This document shows positions 1-9,963 of a stretch of 64,000 nt of DNA, one piece after another. Below the pieces are notes generated by a model. The model was given only the letters and a program-made list of their open reading frames with translations, searched no databases and was not told where the DNA came from. The translations under genes were made by a program, and so were the position numbers. Source of the DNA: a candidate division WWE3 bacterium (GTDB lineage: Bacteria; Patescibacteriota; WWE3; 2-01-FULL-39-13); NCBI GenBank assembly GCA_943354835.1, contig CALRDH010000002.1, forward strand, positions 42,270 to 106,269, given 5' to 3'. How positions within the stretch are numbered: position 1 is the first letter of the stretch; every line of letters begins with the position of its first letter.

Positions 1-786
1 GTTGTAAGTGTAATTGCAAGTATTAATGGAAATGGACCTTTGGCATTTGGAAATATTATAGGTAGTAATGTTACAAATATTCTTTTGATCTTGGGTATTA
101 GTGCAATTATTCGTCCACTTGCCGTCGATAGATTTACAGTTTTGCGTGACATTCCGTATAGCCTTGTTGCAACACTTGTTTGTTTTTTCATGGTTATAAG
201 ATCTGATGTAATTCATCAAACAGATGGTTATATCTTGCTAGCTTTATTTGCATATTTTTTGTTTTATACATTTTTTAATAGCAATAAAATTGCAAGTACC
301 GACGAACATACAGAAGTTTTGAATATGAAAGTGAAAAAAACTTTTGTTTCTGTTTCTTTTATAACGCTTGGAATTATTGGTTTTGCTCTTGGCGGAAAAT
401 TGGTTGTAGAAGGCGCAGTTCAAATCGCATCATTATTTGGAATAAAGGAATCTGTGATTGGACTTACAATAGTTGCAATTGGAACATCTTTACCCGAACT
501 TGCAACTTCAATTGTTGCAGCATTTAAAAAACAAAGCGGTATCGCAATTGGAAATATCGTAGGATCAAATATATTTAATTTGCTATTTATATTTGGAATA
601 TGCGCAATCATAAAACCAATAAGTCTTCCTGCACTTGCATACTTTGATGTAATCTTTGCATCAATCGCAACAATATCACTATTTCTATTTGTATACGCAA
701 GAAAACCTCACAAACTAACACGCCTTCATGGAATAATGTTCATACTTCTATACATAGGATACATAATCACAATGTTTATGAGGTGA
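1..786 (+). CDS. Ca2+/Na+ antiporter (YrbG/CaCA family), 5'-truncated by window edge
   Basis: Alpha-repeat motifs GNIIGSN and GTSLPE...GNIVGSN; hydrophobic; frame open to base 1. Confidence 0.9.
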   Translation, partial: VVSVIASINGNGPLAFGNIIGSNVTNILLILGISAIIRPLAVDRFTVLRDIPYSLVATLVCFFMVIRSDVIHQTDGYILLALFAYFLFYTFFNSNKIASTDEHTEVLNMKVKKTFVSVSFITLGIIGFALGGKLVVEGAVQIASLFGIKESVIGLTIVAIGTSLPELATSIVAAFKKQSGIAIGNIVGSNIFNLLFIFGICAIIKPISLPALAYFDVIFASIATISLFLFVYARKPHKLTRLHGIMFILLYIGYIITMFMR

Positions 787-2122
787 TGAGGTCTGAAATT
801 TCTTTAGTTTTTTGGTCTACGATTTCTTGTGATTTAGCCTCTACGTTTAGTCTTACTAATGGTTCTGTATTTGATTTTCTTAAACTAAATCGCCAGTCTC
901 TTTCTCGACCTGTTGTGATACCGTCAAGTTCATCTATCTCATACCCTTGAGAAACAAAATATTGCTTCACCTTCTCTATTGTTGTGTCTGCGTTATCAAC
1001 TGTGAAATTTATTTCACCACTGATGAAATATTTTTCACTGTATGGCGCAAGTAGTTTTGCCAATGTTGTATTTTCTTGTGTGAGAAGTTCTAAAAGTAGA
1101 GCAATTGTTAGCATAGAACTATCCGCATAATATATATCCTTGTAGTAAAAATGGGAGCTAGTCTCTCCAGAGAAAACTGCATCAATTTCTCTCATTTTCG
1201 ATTTTAAAAAGGAGTGTCCTGGTTTACAAATTATGTAAGTTCCTCCACATTTCGAGACAGTATCCTCAATGGCCCAAGTAAGCCTATTTTCATATACTAT
1301 TTTTGATGATGGATATTTTTCTAATATTTTTTTTGCAAGAATCGCAACTAAAAAATAACCGAGTGTGTAGCCGCCATGTTCATCTATAAAGAATATTCTA
1401 TCCCCGTCTCCATCTAGTGCGATACCTAAATCTGCTTTTTCTTCTACAACCCTTTTTCTTAATTCTGCAACATTTTCTTCTTTTATTGGATTTGCTTCGT
1501 GATTAGGAAACCTTCCGTCAGGCTCAAAATACATAGGAATTACATTTAAGTTTGATCCTGAAAAGACTTTTTCAACGAGGACTCCACCCATTCCATTTCC
1601 TGCATCAATTACAATTTTTATCGGTTTTAATTTAGTTATATCTACGAGTTGTTCGACTCTTTGTCTAAACTCTGGGAACGGATCGATTTCTTCAACTTGA
1701 GTTGGCAGATTTAATCTTTCATACTTTGAATTTATAGCCAGATCTCGTATTTCGTATATTCCATTGTCTCCACTAATAGGTTCTGCACCTTTTTTTACCA
1801 TTTTCATTCCGTTGTATTCGGATGGATTATGAGAAGCTGTTAGCATTATTCCTGATTCGTAGTTGTTCTTTCCGACTGTGAAATATAAAACCTCTGTGCC
1901 TATTTGCCCGAGTTTGATTACTTTTGCACCCGCGTCATTTATACCTGCAATTAAGTGTGGCAATAAACTTGGAGTAGATACTCTCATGTCCCAACCAATG
2001 GCAACTTCTTTTACTTTCAGAAAATCGATGAAGGCCCTACCAATTTGATATATGTCATTTTCGTCCATTTGATCAGGATATATTGCACGAATGTCGTATG
2101 CTTTGAAGATTGTTGCATCCAT
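776..2122 (-). CDS. Phosphomannomutase/phosphoglucomutase
   Basis: IFKAYDIR N-terminus, TASHNP phosphoserine motif, DGDGDR metal loop, RKSNTEP. Confidence 0.95.
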   Translation of the reverse strand: MDATIFKAYDIRAIYPDQMDENDIYQIGRAFIDFLKVKEVAIGWDMRVSTPSLLPHLIAGINDAGAKVIKLGQIGTEVLYFTVGKNNYESGIMLTASHNPSEYNGMKMVKKGAEPISGDNGIYEIRDLAINSKYERLNLPTQVEEIDPFPEFRQRVEQLVDITKLKPIKIVIDAGNGMGGVLVEKVFSGSNLNVIPMYFEPDGRFPNHEANPIKEENVAELRKRVVEEKADLGIALDGDGDRIFFIDEHGGYTLGYFLVAILAKKILEKYPSSKIVYENRLTWAIEDTVSKCGGTYIICKPGHSFLKSKMREIDAVFSGETSSHFYYKDIYYADSSMLTIALLLELLTQENTTLAKLLAPYSEKYFISGEINFTVDNADTTIEKVKQYFVSQGYEIDELDGITTGRERDWRFSLRKSNTEPLVRLNVEAKSQEIVDQKTKEISDLITS

Positions 2123-2196
2123 ATCCAGAATTGTAATGAATTATGCTTTTATGTCAAACTGTTATGATAATTTTTTCGCCATGGTACATTTTAATT

Positions 2197-2961
2197 ATGG
2201 ATGAAGTTTTGGTTGTTAATAAACCGCTTGGTGTTACAAGTTTTGATGTTATAAGGGATTTGAAAAGAAGGTTTCCAGGTGAAAAGATTGGCCATGCGGG
2301 AACTTTAGATCCTTTGGCTAGTGGTGTTTTGATTTGCCTTGTTGGAAAAGACGCGACAAAAAGGCAAAGTGAGTTTATGGATTGTGATAAGGAATATGAA
2401 TTTGATGTTTTATTTGGATTTGAAACTGATACTTATGATATTTTGGGGCTGGTCAAGGGTAGGGCTTTTTATGTTTGTGAGGATATAGAAAGTAAGGTTG
2501 GTTCTTTTGTTAAAGGTTTGAAGGGCGACCTTGACCAGCCGGTGCCAGCCTTTAGTGCCGTAAAAGTCAAAGGTCGCGAATTGTATAGATGGTATTTAGA
2601 CGGCAAAATTAATGAAGTTGAGATTCCAATTAAGCAGGTTCACATAGATTCAATTGATATAAAGAATGTCGAAAAAATCTCAAAAGAAGATCTTCGTTTA
2701 AAAATAAATTCGCTATTAGAAACTGTTAAATCTGGATTTAGGCAGAACATGGTTTTTGAATCTTGGAAAAAAACGTTGGATGAATCAAAACAAGATTCGT
2801 TTTTGATTGTAAGAATACAGGCTGTTGTTTCAAAAGGAACTTATGTAAGGGCGATTGCTTACAAACTCGGGACAGACCTAAAAACTGGAGCATGTACACT
2901 AACAATTAAAAGGACAAGGGTTGGAAAATATACACTAGACGAAAAAGCTTTGCCTATTTGA
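2197..2961 (+). CDS. truB: tRNA pseudouridine(55) synthase
   Basis: NKPLGVTSFDV, KIGHAGTLDPLASGVL, SKGTYVR; start moved to ATG 2197. Confidence 0.92.
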   Translation: MDEVLVVNKPLGVTSFDVIRDLKRRFPGEKIGHAGTLDPLASGVLICLVGKDATKRQSEFMDCDKEYEFDVLFGFETDTYDILGLVKGRAFYVCEDIESKVGSFVKGLKGDLDQPVPAFSAVKVKGRELYRWYLDGKINEVEIPIKQVHIDSIDIKNVEKISKEDLRLKINSLLETVKSGFRQNMVFESWKKTLDESKQDSFLIVRIQAVVSKGTYVRAIAYKLGTDLKTGACTLTIKRTRVGKYTLDEKALPI

Positions 2962-2999
2962 TTTATCATTCACTTTTGTATGTGTTAGAATTTTTTAAT

Positions 3000-3452
3000 A
3001 TGAATAAAAACACAAAAATTGTATTTGGCCTTATTTCTGTAACAGCTATATTAGTGGGCATTTTTTTTCTGAATGGTATGAATGATGTGTCAGAAAAAAA
3101 ACCGGAAGTTATTGTTAATAAGGAAGATGTTGTAAATACCCCCTCCGGCTCGTATGAAGCATTTAGTATAGATAAGATTTCGCGAGCAAAAACTTCAGAT
3201 GTCGTACTTTTTTTTAATGCGTCGTGGTGCCCTACATGTAGAGCATTAAATAAAGATATTGAAGAAAATCTTTCATCGATTCCTGAAAACGTGACAATTT
3301 TGAAGACAGATTACGATACAGAAACCGAATTGAAGAAAAAATATGAAGTTACCTATCAGCACACTCTTGTACAGGTTGATGAATCAGGGAATTTGATCAA
3401 AAAATGGAGCGGTGGCCTAAAACTGGAAAATCTTTTAACACAAATAAAATAA
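3000..3452 (+). CDS. Membrane-anchored thioredoxin-like protein
   Basis: N-terminal TM helix, FNASWCPTC CxxC motif. Confidence 0.85.
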   Translation: MNKNTKIVFGLISVTAILVGIFFLNGMNDVSEKKPEVIVNKEDVVNTPSGSYEAFSIDKISRAKTSDVVLFFNASWCPTCRALNKDIEENLSSIPENVTILKTDYDTETELKKKYEVTYQHTLVQVDESGNLIKKWSGGLKLENLLTQIK

Positions 3453-3453
3453 T

Positions 3454-5211
3454 ATGATTTTCTTTGTTATTTCAATTCTAGCTGGGATTTTAACAGTTCT
3501 TGCTCCATGTATATTACCGTTTTTACCAATTGTAATTGGGGCTTCTGAAAATAGTAAAAGGCGTATCTCAAAGCGTGCTATTATCGTTATTTTTTCACTT
3601 AGTGTTTCTGTCATAGCGTTTACATTGCTTCTTAAAGCGTCGACTGCATTTATAGGTATTCCTCAAAGTTTTTGGACTGGGTTTTCTGGTAGTGTAATTC
3701 TGCTTGTTGGACTTTCGATTGTATTTCCTTCATTTTGGGCAAGATTGCCATTTATTAATAAAATCAGTCAAATTGGAAATAGTGCTATTGCAACAGGACA
3801 TGGCAAGAAAAATTATATTGGAGATATTTTAGTTGGGCTCGCACTTGGACCAGTTTTTTCTACTTGTTCACCGACTTATTTATTTATAATTGCAACTACA
3901 TTACCTGCAACATTTTTTGTCGGTCTTATTTACCTTTTTGGATTTACGTTTGGCATGGCAGTATCACTTTTTTTAATTGCGAGTTTCGGACAACGATTAG
4001 TAAATAAGATAACTTCCCATATGCAAGCGGCTGGAAATGTTAAGAAGCTTTTTGGTTTACTAATTATTGTCGTTGGCTTAGCAATTTTTAGTGGCTATGA
4101 CAAGAAATTTGAAGCTTTTATTTTGGATTCAGGATATGGAGCAACAATTTATCTTGAAGAAAGCTTGATTGAGAAATTTGCACCTAAAGATTCGTTATCA
4201 AATGAAAATTATGAAGTAATTACACTTGCTGGTGGTTGTTTTTGGTGTATTGAAGCTCCTTTTCAAGAAACGCCTGGTGTAATAGATGCTGTTTCTGGTT
4301 ATGCCGGAGGAGATAAAAGCGATGCAATCTATTCTGTTGTTTCAAGTGGTGGTACTAAGCATAGAGAGGCTGTGCAGGTAACGTATGATCCACAGATTAT
4401 TTCAACCGAAGATATTCTTGATATCTTTTGGTCACATATAGATCCAACCGATTTAGAGGGTCAATTTGCAGACAAGGGTTTTCAGTATTCAACTGCAATT
4501 TTTTACCACACAGTAGAGCAGTCTAGAGTCGCTCGGATGTCAAAGGAGAAGTTAGAAGCAAGTGGGCTTTTTGATGAGCCGATCGTTACTGCTCTTTTAC
4601 CTTATACAACATTTTTTAAGGCAGAGGAATATCATCAAGATTATTATAAAAAGTCAGCTGATTATTATGACCGTTATAAAAAGGCTTCAGGAAGAGATAC
4701 CTTTGTAGAAGGGACCTGGGCGAAGGATGCTGCGCTTAAATTTTTGGAAAGTGATAAAAGTAGTAACGACAAATATAATTACACCGATGAGGAAATTGCC
4801 GAATTATTAAAAGATTTAGATCCACTTGCCTATCATGTTGTTGCTGAGAATGGTACGGAATCCCCATTTAACAATGCATACTGGGATAATAAGGCTGATG
4901 GGATTTATGTGGATATTGTTACTGGTAAACCACTTTTTTCAAGTACTCATAAGTATGATTCTGGAACTGGTTGGCCTAGTTTTTGGAGGACCATTGATGA
5001 TGATTCAGTTACGTTACATGAAGATAATTCACTGTCTACGACTCGCGTAGAAGTTAGAAGTGAGTCTGGACATTTAGGTCATGTTTTTGATGATGGACCA
5101 GTAAATGAAGGCGGTCGTCGATTTTGCACTAATTCTGCATCTTTAAATTTTGTTCCAAAAGAAGAAATGGTCGCTCGTGGATATGAAGCATATATGTATT
5201 TGTTTAAATAG
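3454..5211 (+). CDS. msrAB: CcdA/DsbD membrane domain fused to MsrA and MsrB (methionine sulfoxide reductases)
   Basis: TM region with APCILP and STCSPT cysteines; MsrA GGCFWC and AEEYHQDYY; MsrB KYDSGTGWPSF, HLGHVF, RFCTNS. Confidence 0.9.
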   Translation: MIFFVISILAGILTVLAPCILPFLPIVIGASENSKRRISKRAIIVIFSLSVSVIAFTLLLKASTAFIGIPQSFWTGFSGSVILLVGLSIVFPSFWARLPFINKISQIGNSAIATGHGKKNYIGDILVGLALGPVFSTCSPTYLFIIATTLPATFFVGLIYLFGFTFGMAVSLFLIASFGQRLVNKITSHMQAAGNVKKLFGLLIIVVGLAIFSGYDKKFEAFILDSGYGATIYLEESLIEKFAPKDSLSNENYEVITLAGGCFWCIEAPFQETPGVIDAVSGYAGGDKSDAIYSVVSSGGTKHREAVQVTYDPQIISTEDILDIFWSHIDPTDLEGQFADKGFQYSTAIFYHTVEQSRVARMSKEKLEASGLFDEPIVTALLPYTTFFKAEEYHQDYYKKSADYYDRYKKASGRDTFVEGTWAKDAALKFLESDKSSNDKYNYTDEEIAELLKDLDPLAYHVVAENGTESPFNNAYWDNKADGIYVDIVTGKPLFSSTHKYDSGTGWPSFWRTIDDDSVTLHEDNSLSTTRVEVRSESGHLGHVFDDGPVNEGGRRFCTNSASLNFVPKEEMVARGYEAYMYLFK

Positions 5212-5266
5212 CAACTCTTTGCCTATTTGACATTTTTCATATAAAATTAAGCAGAAATTTCCGTAC

Positions 5267-5341
5267 GGGCCAGTAGCTCAGGGGTTCCATTTGCAAAGCA
5301 AATGATAGCCGAAGCGTAAGCGAGGCGTTTGAGCACCTGCC
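5267..5341 (+). pseudogene. Duplicated 5' half of tRNA-Lys with a 44-nt structured insertion in the D-loop
   Basis: GGGCCAGTAGCTCAGGGGTT (5267-5286) and GAGCACCTGCC (5331-5341) identical to tRNA-Lys; no anticodon loop or 3' half follows. Confidence 0.85.
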
Positions 5342-5372
5342 GAAAGTTAGTGAGTAAGGATGTGTATTTTTA

Positions 5373-5448
5373 GGGCCAGTAGCTCAGGGGTTAGAGCACC
5401 TGCCTTTTAAGCAGGGTGTCGTTGGTTCGATTCCAACCTGGCTCACCA
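5373..5448 (+). tRNA. tRNA-Lys(TTT)
   Basis: Cloverleaf; anticodon arm CCTGC-CTTTTAA-GCAGG; GGTTCGATTCC T-arm; encoded CCA. Confidence 0.96.
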
Positions 5449-5463
5449 GTTTATTCATATTTT

Positions 5464-7275
5464 ATGAAAAGTTTTACGTTAGGTCCAAATTTAATAGGAA
5501 TTGTTTCCCTTTTCGCATCTGCTTTTATTTCGTTTCTTTTAGTACCTAATAATGTAGAGTATTTTCCCTCTTTAGGCGTTTCATTATCGTTTTTGATTTT
5601 GAATATTTTGATTTTCGTCTCTATTCAACAAAAAAGTAATTTTCACAAAATTTTATTTGTCTTTGCAAGTTTAACTTCCCTATCTGTTGTTTTTTATGCG
5701 AATGGATTTTTGACATTTTTAAATATACTTGCGAGTTTGTATTTGATTAGTCTGTACAATTTAAAAAATTTGAACATTTTAGAAGTTATCTTTGCGCCAC
5801 TTGTTTCTGTTTTAAAGGCTATTGTCTCTATCAATCAATACAAAATAGATAAAAGTAAGTTTCATCTTACTAAACAAAAAATTAATAAAAATACAGTTTA
5901 TCCTGTAATAATTACAGTTGTTGTTTTAGCTTTAATATTACCTATTTTGGCTTCTGCTAATCCAATTTTTGAAAATCTAGTGACTAACATATTTAAATCT
6001 TTAAGACTTGAAGAACTTTTTGAAAATTTATCCGCGTGGATGTTCCGATTTATTGTGTTTGTATTTTGGTCTTTTGCAATCCCAAGATTTATAGGACTTG
6101 TTAATACTCCTAAAGAGGAAGTTTCAGAATCAACATCCGAACTTTCTTTGCTTATTCCAAAAACCGCAGTCATTTTTGTAATCGTAGCTTTTTTTGCAAC
6201 ACAAATACAGCTTTATACAGCCAGCGCCGAAGTTTTAAAGAACCTAGATATTTCTAACTCTTCACAAACCCGCGCTATTTTTTCGCAATTAAGCGTTGTA
6301 GCTTTAATAATTTTCGGCCTAATCTATAGCGATAAAATTCGAAAATATAATAATAAAGTTTCAACTTACGTTTTGATTATTGAAGGCTTATTTCTAACTG
6401 CTATTGCAACTTATAGCGATTATAGTTATATCTCAAACTGGGGGTTAACTCACAAAAGATTATATGGGATTGCTGTAATACTTTGGCTTGTTACTGCATT
6501 TGTTCTCTTCAGTTATAAGTATTTAAAAACGCAAAGTGATAATAAATTTATTAAGAATATTGTAACTTTAACCGGTGTCATAATTTTATCAATTAACTTT
6601 GCGAATTTTGATTTTTTAATTGCAAACTTTCAACCCAAAAATGAACAAGGCATCGATTATAACTATATTATTTACAACACTAGTGCCGATGGAAAAGCAT
6701 ATGACAGAATAGTTGATGAATCTTCTGTTGGTGATGAATGGTATGACATAAAAATGTCTATGGAACAATTGATTCAATTAAAGAAGAAGTATTACAATTA
6801 CGTACTTAGAGCAGGTGTAAGTCAAAAGTATTACGAAGAATTTTATCTTCAGCAACCTAAGATTTCAGATTTTCGACAAATAAATTTATCAGAATTTATG
6901 TATGTTTCCCAAATCTCAAATTCTAAAATGGACGATCTTGTTACAAAAACATTAAAAATGATAGATGCTCTTAGACCTGTTGAAACATTCCCTGAAGTGA
7001 ATATAGTGAATCCAGAGTTTGAATCAGTACTAGTAACCATAAAACTTAAGTCGATTGAAAATATGTGTAACGACAAATGCATATTCGTGGAATTAAAAGA
7101 TAGTATGGAACTTAGAAGTAGTAGCGTATTTGTTGGAAATTATTATAAATATTTGACCAAAGCCGGAAACTATCAAATTGCAATTTATCAAGCTGATGAA
7201 GATTGGAATAGATCTATCTTATTAATGCACACGACAATTGAGGTTAACGAAAACACTACAGAGATAGAGATTTGA
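5464..7275 (+). CDS. DUF4173/DUF4153-type multi-pass membrane protein
   Basis: Many TM helices; LASANPIF and YISNWGLTHKRLYG resemble family motifs; start moved to ATG 5464, past the tRNA. Confidence 0.7.
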   Translation: MKSFTLGPNLIGIVSLFASAFISFLLVPNNVEYFPSLGVSLSFLILNILIFVSIQQKSNFHKILFVFASLTSLSVVFYANGFLTFLNILASLYLISLYNLKNLNILEVIFAPLVSVLKAIVSINQYKIDKSKFHLTKQKINKNTVYPVIITVVVLALILPILASANPIFENLVTNIFKSLRLEELFENLSAWMFRFIVFVFWSFAIPRFIGLVNTPKEEVSESTSELSLLIPKTAVIFVIVAFFATQIQLYTASAEVLKNLDISNSSQTRAIFSQLSVVALIIFGLIYSDKIRKYNNKVSTYVLIIEGLFLTAIATYSDYSYISNWGLTHKRLYGIAVILWLVTAFVLFSYKYLKTQSDNKFIKNIVTLTGVIILSINFANFDFLIANFQPKNEQGIDYNYIIYNTSADGKAYDRIVDESSVGDEWYDIKMSMEQLIQLKKKYYNYVLRAGVSQKYYEEFYLQQPKISDFRQINLSEFMYVSQISNSKMDDLVTKTLKMIDALRPVETFPEVNIVNPEFESVLVTIKLKSIENMCNDKCIFVELKDSMELRSSSVFVGNYYKYLTKAGNYQIAIYQADEDWNRSILLMHTTIEVNENTTEIEI

Positions 7276-7280
7276 GGGTT

Positions 7281-8264
7281 TTATACTTCACTTATTACGT
7301 CAAATCCTTTGTAGCTTCCGACTATGGAATAGCCGATTACTTTTATTTTTGCAACAGAGAGTTTGCGGATTTTTTTTGATACTTCGTTTAAAGTTGCCCC
7401 AGATCCTGTTGCATCATCAATTAGCAAAACATTTCCGTCTATTTTTTGCGTTGGTTTAACAATTATTGTATTAGCTGCGTTTTCTATACGATCCTCAAGC
7501 TTTTTTAACGTTTTTTGTGCAACTTTTGTTGAGCTTGGAAATTTATTAATTTGAATTTGGTGCTTCGTAAGCTTCAAAGTGTCTTTAATTACGTCGATAA
7601 ATTGCATCTTTCGATCTATTGTTGGTGGAATATAGCCGATATATTTTATATCGTACTTACTAATTAAGCTTTCAATAGAAGGTTTTATAATGCCTGCAAT
7701 TTCTATTCCTAACGCCTTGTTTTGAGAGGATTTGGAAATATAAACCAACTGCCCGAGTTTTGTTTTACCGAAATAGCCCATTGTGTAAAAATCACTAAAA
7801 TAAATTTGGTCAAGATCGACCTTGTATTTTTGTGAAAGTATCCTTTTTTTAGCTTTGATTAATCCGTTTTCTTTAAATTTCTCCATGGATTTATATGTTT
7901 TAACAAACCGGACTTTCTCTTTGTTAAAGTCAAATTTATTTTTAATGCACCAAGCGTTTAGACCGCTTAGTCCGCGAGTAAGATGTCCAGATGGTGAAAC
8001 ATAAATATAATTTTGTTCTATTAAAAGATCGTTTAAAGTTATTGGCTTTATGTTGGAATCAGTTTTATTGTTAACTGTATAGTAAATTTCTGGCGCGTTG
8101 CCATCTTTAATAATTATTCCTACATCTTTCAAATTAGATAGATGTTTGTAAATCGTTTTATCTGAAACTTTTAGATTCTTAATAAGTTCGGAAGACCTAA
8201 TCGGCCCTTTTTCCTTAATTTCTTCTAAAACCCTATTTGATTGGTTCGAAATATTAAACTTCAT
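7281..8264 (-). CDS. wHTH + phosphoribosyltransferase-fold protein
   Basis: N-terminal HTH (SDKTIYKHLSNL); PRPP-binding loop VLLIDDATGSGATL. Confidence 0.75.
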   Translation of the reverse strand: MKFNISNQSNRVLEEIKEKGPIRSSELIKNLKVSDKTIYKHLSNLKDVGIIIKDGNAPEIYYTVNNKTDSNIKPITLNDLLIEQNYIYVSPSGHLTRGLSGLNAWCIKNKFDFNKEKVRFVKTYKSMEKFKENGLIKAKKRILSQKYKVDLDQIYFSDFYTMGYFGKTKLGQLVYISKSSQNKALGIEIAGIIKPSIESLISKYDIKYIGYIPPTIDRKMQFIDVIKDTLKLTKHQIQINKFPSSTKVAQKTLKKLEDRIENAANTIIVKPTQKIDGNVLLIDDATGSGATLNEVSKKIRKLSVAKIKVIGYSIVGSYKGFDVISEV

Positions 8265-8270
8265 AGGCTG

Positions 8271-8299
8271 ATTATATGGGGTGAGTACTCACCAGTCAA
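8271..8299 (-). promoter_or_regulatory. Sigma70 promoter with 14-bp palindrome in the spacer
   Basis: Minus strand TTGACT-17 bp-TATAAT, 6 nt before ATG 8264; spacer contains GGTGAGTACTCACC (8280-8293). Confidence 0.8.
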
Positions 8300-8376
8300 T
8301 GCTCACCCCTAGCGTTTCATACTTCATGAAGACAAGATTTAGTGTTATTGATATAATTCTAATCGAATCAAAGTGT

Positions 8377-8453
8377 GGCCCCGTCGTCTAGCGGTCTAGG
8401 ACATCTGGTTTTCATCCAGAAGATCGCGGGTTCGATTCCCGCCGGGGTCACCA
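8377..8453 (+). tRNA. tRNA-Glu(TTC), integration target
   Basis: GGCCCCG/CGGGGTC acceptor stem; anticodon arm TCTGG-TTTTCAT-CCAGA; CCA end; TGATATAAT upstream. Confidence 0.96.
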
Positions 8454-9961
8454 AACGAGACATTATCATCTCCAAAGTGCGAAATGTATTGATATAAAGG
8501 GCTAATATGCTGGTTCGAATAGCCTGGATAGCCCCATACCATTCCTGAGGGGAATATCGAACCAAGAAGCACTTTGATCTGGGTAACATTTGATTCCTGA
8601 TATGTTTTTCCAAGATCTGAAAACTTTGCTCTCATAAATTCCACTACGCTTTGGATATTGTATTTGTTCACAAGCTCGTCGTCTTTGGTCATACGAACAG
8701 ATGCTACTTGTTCTTCAATAAGCTTATTTTGCTCCTTAAATACTTCATCACTGTACACACCACTCAAGTTTTTTTGTATTAATGCCTGTCTCATTTCGTA
8801 TAGACGACTCAAATCTACTTCAGCTCGTTCTTTACGAGATTTTAGGTCACTCACTCTCTTATAATAGGTAGTCCTCATCATAGCCAAAAAGGCGTTCAAA
8901 CATTGTTCTGTTGGTGATATTGCTCGTAAATGCTCCACGGTTGAATAATCCATCTCATAGGCTTTAATTGATGGTTCGCCACATCTTTTTCTACAAAAAT
9001 AATATGCATGCTTGTTTTTTCTTCCAGAGCTCCATCCTCCAGTCATGGGCGTACCACATTTCCCACATTTTACGATTCGTCTCAAAGGAAAATCTGGATT
9101 ATTTTGTAGTCTTCTGGGAACAATTGGCAAGTTAGCGCATTTATATCTTCCTGAAATAATATTTTGAACTCTATAAAACATTTCTTCTGTAATCATTGGC
9201 ACATGCTGACCCTTGACCTCTTCTGGATATTTTTCAGAAGTAATGATTCCTGCATAAAACTTATTTTTAAACATTCTACTAAGTGCCTGCATTATTATTT
9301 GATACCGCTTCCCTTTTATAACTTGTCTAACACCACAGGTATTTAAATACTCTGCAACTTCCTTCAATGTAGATTTGCCTGATGCCATCAACTCCCATCC
9401 TCTGCGAACGCTATCCCAATTTTCTGGATCTTTTGTGGCATACCCATCTTTAGAAATGTAGCCAAGTGGTGGTCTACTCGTGCTCAATCCAGACAAGAAC
9501 CGAGCCCGCATGCCGTTTTTGGTTCTCTCGCTTCGAACATCATTATCAAGTTGTGCAAAACCAGCCAGTATTGTTTCTACCAATTTTTCAGTAGGACTAT
9601 CACCAGTCGGTTCAGTTGCAGAGATAAGTGTAATATCGCATTCTGCTAGTTTTTTTCTAATTCCTAAGTAATCAGCTGTTTGCCTAGAAATTCTATCGAG
9701 TCGATAGACAATTACTGCATCAACAGATTTTTTATTCTTTCTGCAATATTCAAGCATTTCAATCAAGACAGGTCTTCCCGTAATGGTCTTTGCTGATTTA
9801 CCCTCTTCACGAAAGGTTTTATTTATTTGGATCCCCCTTCTTTCTGCCTCTTTTGTACAGATCTCCAACTGCGTATCCAATGAAAAATTATCTACCTGTT
9901 CCTCAGTAGACACTCTTAAGTAAATAACTGCTGAGTTTATACTTTTCGGTTCATTCATCAT
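8396..9961 (-). CDS. Large serine recombinase (resolvase + recombinase + Zn-ribbon + coiled coil)
   Basis: IYLRVSTEEQ catalytic Ser, VYRLDRISR, PPLGY, CGKCG...YYFCRKRC; 3' end overlaps tRNA-Glu antisense. Confidence 0.95.
   Translation of the reverse strand: MMNEPKSINSAVIYLRVSTEEQVDNFSLDTQLEICTKEAERRGIQINKTFREEGKSAKTITGRPVLIEMLEYCRKNKKSVDAVIVYRLDRISRQTADYLGIRKKLAECDITLISATEPTGDSPTEKLVETILAGFAQLDNDVRSERTKNGMRARFLSGLSTSRPPLGYISKDGYATKDPENWDSVRRGWELMASGKSTLKEVAEYLNTCGVRQVIKGKRYQIIMQALSRMFKNKFYAGIITSEKYPEEVKGQHVPMITEEMFYRVQNIISGRYKCANLPIVPRRLQNNPDFPLRRIVKCGKCGTPMTGGWSSGRKNKHAYYFCRKRCGEPSIKAYEMDYSTVEHLRAISPTEQCLNAFLAMMRTTYYKRVSDLKSRKERAEVDLSRLYEMRQALIQKNLSGVYSDEVFKEQNKLIEEQVASVRMTKDDELVNKYNIQSVVEFMRAKFSDLGKTYQESNVTQIKVLLGSIFPSGMVWGYPGYSNQHISPLYQYISHFGDDNVSFGDPGGNRTRDLLDENQMS
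8445..8531 (+). repeat. attL; left copy of 87-bp direct repeat
   Basis: 86/87 identical to 36666-36752; 9 bp of tRNA end plus 78 bp of recombinase 3' coding sequence. Confidence 0.95.
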
Positions 9962-9963
9962 GT

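Noticed and set aside
5416-5463. N-terminal extension of the 619-aa ORF
   Set aside because: Overlaps tRNA-Lys; ATG 5464 is the plausible start
8368-8613. 81-aa minus-strand ORF
   Set aside because: Alternate frame of the recombinase end and tRNA antisense; no independent start signals
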